A program made the translations under genes and the position numbers. This document shows positions 61,931-64,000 of a stretch of 64,000 nt of DNA, in pieces. Position 1 is the stretch's first letter; each line of letters begins with the position of its first letter. The stretch lies in NCBI RefSeq assembly GCF_016432865.1, contig NC_067401.1, positions 7,378,001-7,442,000 of the forward strand. The letters run 5' to 3'. Under the pieces are notes generated by a model that saw only the letters and a list, made by a program, of their open reading frames with translations, was not told the DNA's origin and ran no database searches. Origin of the DNA: Antechinus flavipes. Taxonomy: Eukaryota.

Positions 61931-62084
61931 GGGGAAAAAAGATGGTGGGGTGATAGCTAACTAGATGATTGGATGGAAAGCAAGATGAGGGAGAGAGAGA
62001 AATAGATAAATACAGCGATAGAGCATTTATTAAAGATTTACTATGTGCCAGATACTCGTAAGTGCTAGAGATACAATAAACAAA

Positions 62085-62270
62085 CAATTTTGCATTTTGG
62101 TTTTTTTCCTCAAAGATTCTTTATTTTTCCAAATATATGTAAAGATTTTTTTTAAGATGGCAGTTTCCATCCCAACACTATTAGAAATGCGTTGGCTCAC
62201 CACATTGCTGAAAAGAGCCAAGTTCATCACAGTCGATCATCTCATCATCTTGCTGTTATTGGGTACCTTG
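62085..62270 (-). mobile_element. Short L1 3' UTR fragment
   Basis: Antisense tttatttttccaaatatatgtaaag and aagagccaagttcatcacagtcgatcat. Confidence 0.6.
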
Positions 62271-64000
62271 TTCTCCTGGTTCATGTGAGTCTTTCCGGGC
62301 TCTTCAGAAATCAGTCTTCAGTGAGACAATTTTATTAAGCCCTTTGCTGACCTGAAAGTGTTCTAGAACTGCTAGAGCTATTATCATTATTGCTACAATC
62401 AAGCAAAAAGGAGAGATACCAGAGTTACACAAATAACGCAAGCTCCTCATCCTGTAGATAGCATCTCATCTCCCACCTCTGCATCTTTGCAAAGGTTTAT
62501 GCTTAGTCAGTTGTCCTTCCTCACATCTATTTCTCAGAACTCTTCAGGGCTCAGTTCATTTCCTGCCCTATTCTTGACTGTCCTTGTCCTTCCTCCACCA
62601 AAAGAATAACCTTGTTTCTATACAAACATAAGATCCTAGATCTAGAGTTGAGGCCAGAAGTTGGGGCCATTTAGTCCAACTCCTTTGTTTTGGAAATTGG
62701 AAAATGAGACCCGGGGAGATCTGAATTGTCTGAGGTCCAGTAGCTAGATGGAGATGGGACAAGAACCAACCCATCCTTTCACCTTTTAAAGTGATGAATG
62801 GAAACCCAGTAATGTTTTCCAGAATCCGCTTGCAGCATTCATGATGTCTCAGTAAGCTTGAGGCATTTCACCATTTGTTTTCCAAGCCAGTTTTTCTTAG
62901 GGCAGATTCCTGAAAAATGGAAGCTTTCTTCTCTTCATAATAAATGGGTTTTTTTTTTTTTTTTTTCCTTTATCTGCTTCCTTAAAGTTTGTTAAGTTTT
63001 ATGATCCCTCCCAAGAAGCACAATATGGCTGAGTAGATTGGGAGCTGTTCTCCAAGTCAGGAAAACATGCTTTGGATCTATCCAGGTTGTGTGCCCCTGG
63101 GCAATTACTTCGCTTAAGTGGAGTCATAAGTTGTGGAGAAAGTACTTCCTATATTAGCAGAGGGAGTTTCCTTATCCAGCAGGGTCCCATACTAACTCAG
63201 TTATAGTATCTATCCCTGCCCTCTGTCCCATTATGACTCTGTTGTGCTTAGTAGGTGCTAGAGATACTTCTATGAAATGAAACAATCCCTACCAGCAAGG
63301 ACCTCAGAGGATATGGGAGAGACAATACGCAAACACAAAAATATGTTCCTTATTAATAAATATGACATATTAATATATTGATTAATATATATAATATATA
63401 ATATATAATTATGTTAATAAATATAACACAAAAATATACCAATTACTGCTGCCCACCCTCCCACCTTGCTTTATATTCAGCTATTTTGCATATACATATG
63501 CTTGGCCTTGTCCCCCCTATAAACATGGAAGCCCTTTGTAAATAGGGATAGTTTGCTCTGTATATCTGTACCTTGTACCTTGTATTTGGCTCTTAGTAAA
63601 TACTTGTTGATCGATCGATCGATCTGTTAGGGAGGACACTAGTTTGGGGGAAATCCGAAAGGGGCTTCGTGGAGCGAGGGCCGGGCCTTGGGCTGCGTCT
63701 TCAGCTCCTAGAAGTCACCAGCCAGCACCTTCACGAGTGGCCCCGTCTGCTCTCTCCCAACCAACTCTCAGAGCTACCCTGGGTCTCGTGAAGGTTCTTT
63801 GGAAAACCTCGGTCCCATCCAGGACCTGCAGGGTCTTCTCGGACCTCACGGGCCTCAGCAGCTCATTCTGAGGTTATGTTTTAGCCTTCCTCAGAGTGGC
63901 CCCACTTGGCCCCAGAGTCTCTGCAGCTTCTCACCCATCCTGCACATGACTCTTGCTAAAAGTCATCCTTAGCAGCTCTCACCTCTCCCCCCCCCATCCT

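Larger units (their letters stand above)
240..63200. repeat. Dozens of dispersed old MIR/CORE-SINE and L2 relics (collective entry)
   Basis: Recurrent cctcagtttcctcatctgtaaaatg / gaaactgaggc cores, and gcttaataaatgtt L2 tails (e.g. 240-460, 3500-3890, 4500-4900, 21800-22150, 24180-25340, 52600-52800). Confidence 0.85.

Noticed and set aside
1-64000. CRISPR arrays, rRNA/tRNA genes, intact transposase or retroviral genes, non-retroviral endogenous viral elements
   Set aside because: None seen by eye. The tandem repeats lack unique spacers, the tRNA-like boxes belong to SINE heads, and all LINE ORFs are disrupted. A TBLASTN search against viral proteins would be needed to exclude highly decayed viral fragments.

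Overview
Mammalian genomic DNA, almost certainly an Australian marsupial and probably a dasyurid, judged from WSINE1-type SINEs, marsupial L1 3' tails, a BovB-like RTE and very dense MIR/L2/L3 relics. The window is the conserved block syntenic with human 2q37.3. It holds the last three coding exons of MLPH (+), a complete PRLH gene (+, 87-aa prolactin-releasing peptide precursor), a complete RAB17 CDS (-, five coding exons, 213 aa) and the CpG-island first coding exon of LRRFIP1 (+). I assembled all exons by hand from GT-AG junctions, and the reading phases are consistent. Most ORF-track entries are spurious (repeats, CpG islands, N gaps). I found no new protein-coding system. The most interesting signals are regulatory or structural: a candidate TATA/Inr promoter and non-coding first exon for PRLH with a perfect paired-homeodomain palindrome, convergent CTCF-like motifs bracketing PRLH+RAB17, a CpG-rich ~146-bp E-box minisatellite and a GGGGCC-like repeat in LRRFIP1 intron 1, and a young L1 tail split by a 650-bp segment. 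There are two assembly gaps. Repeat family names come from recalled consensus sequences, not from a database search.
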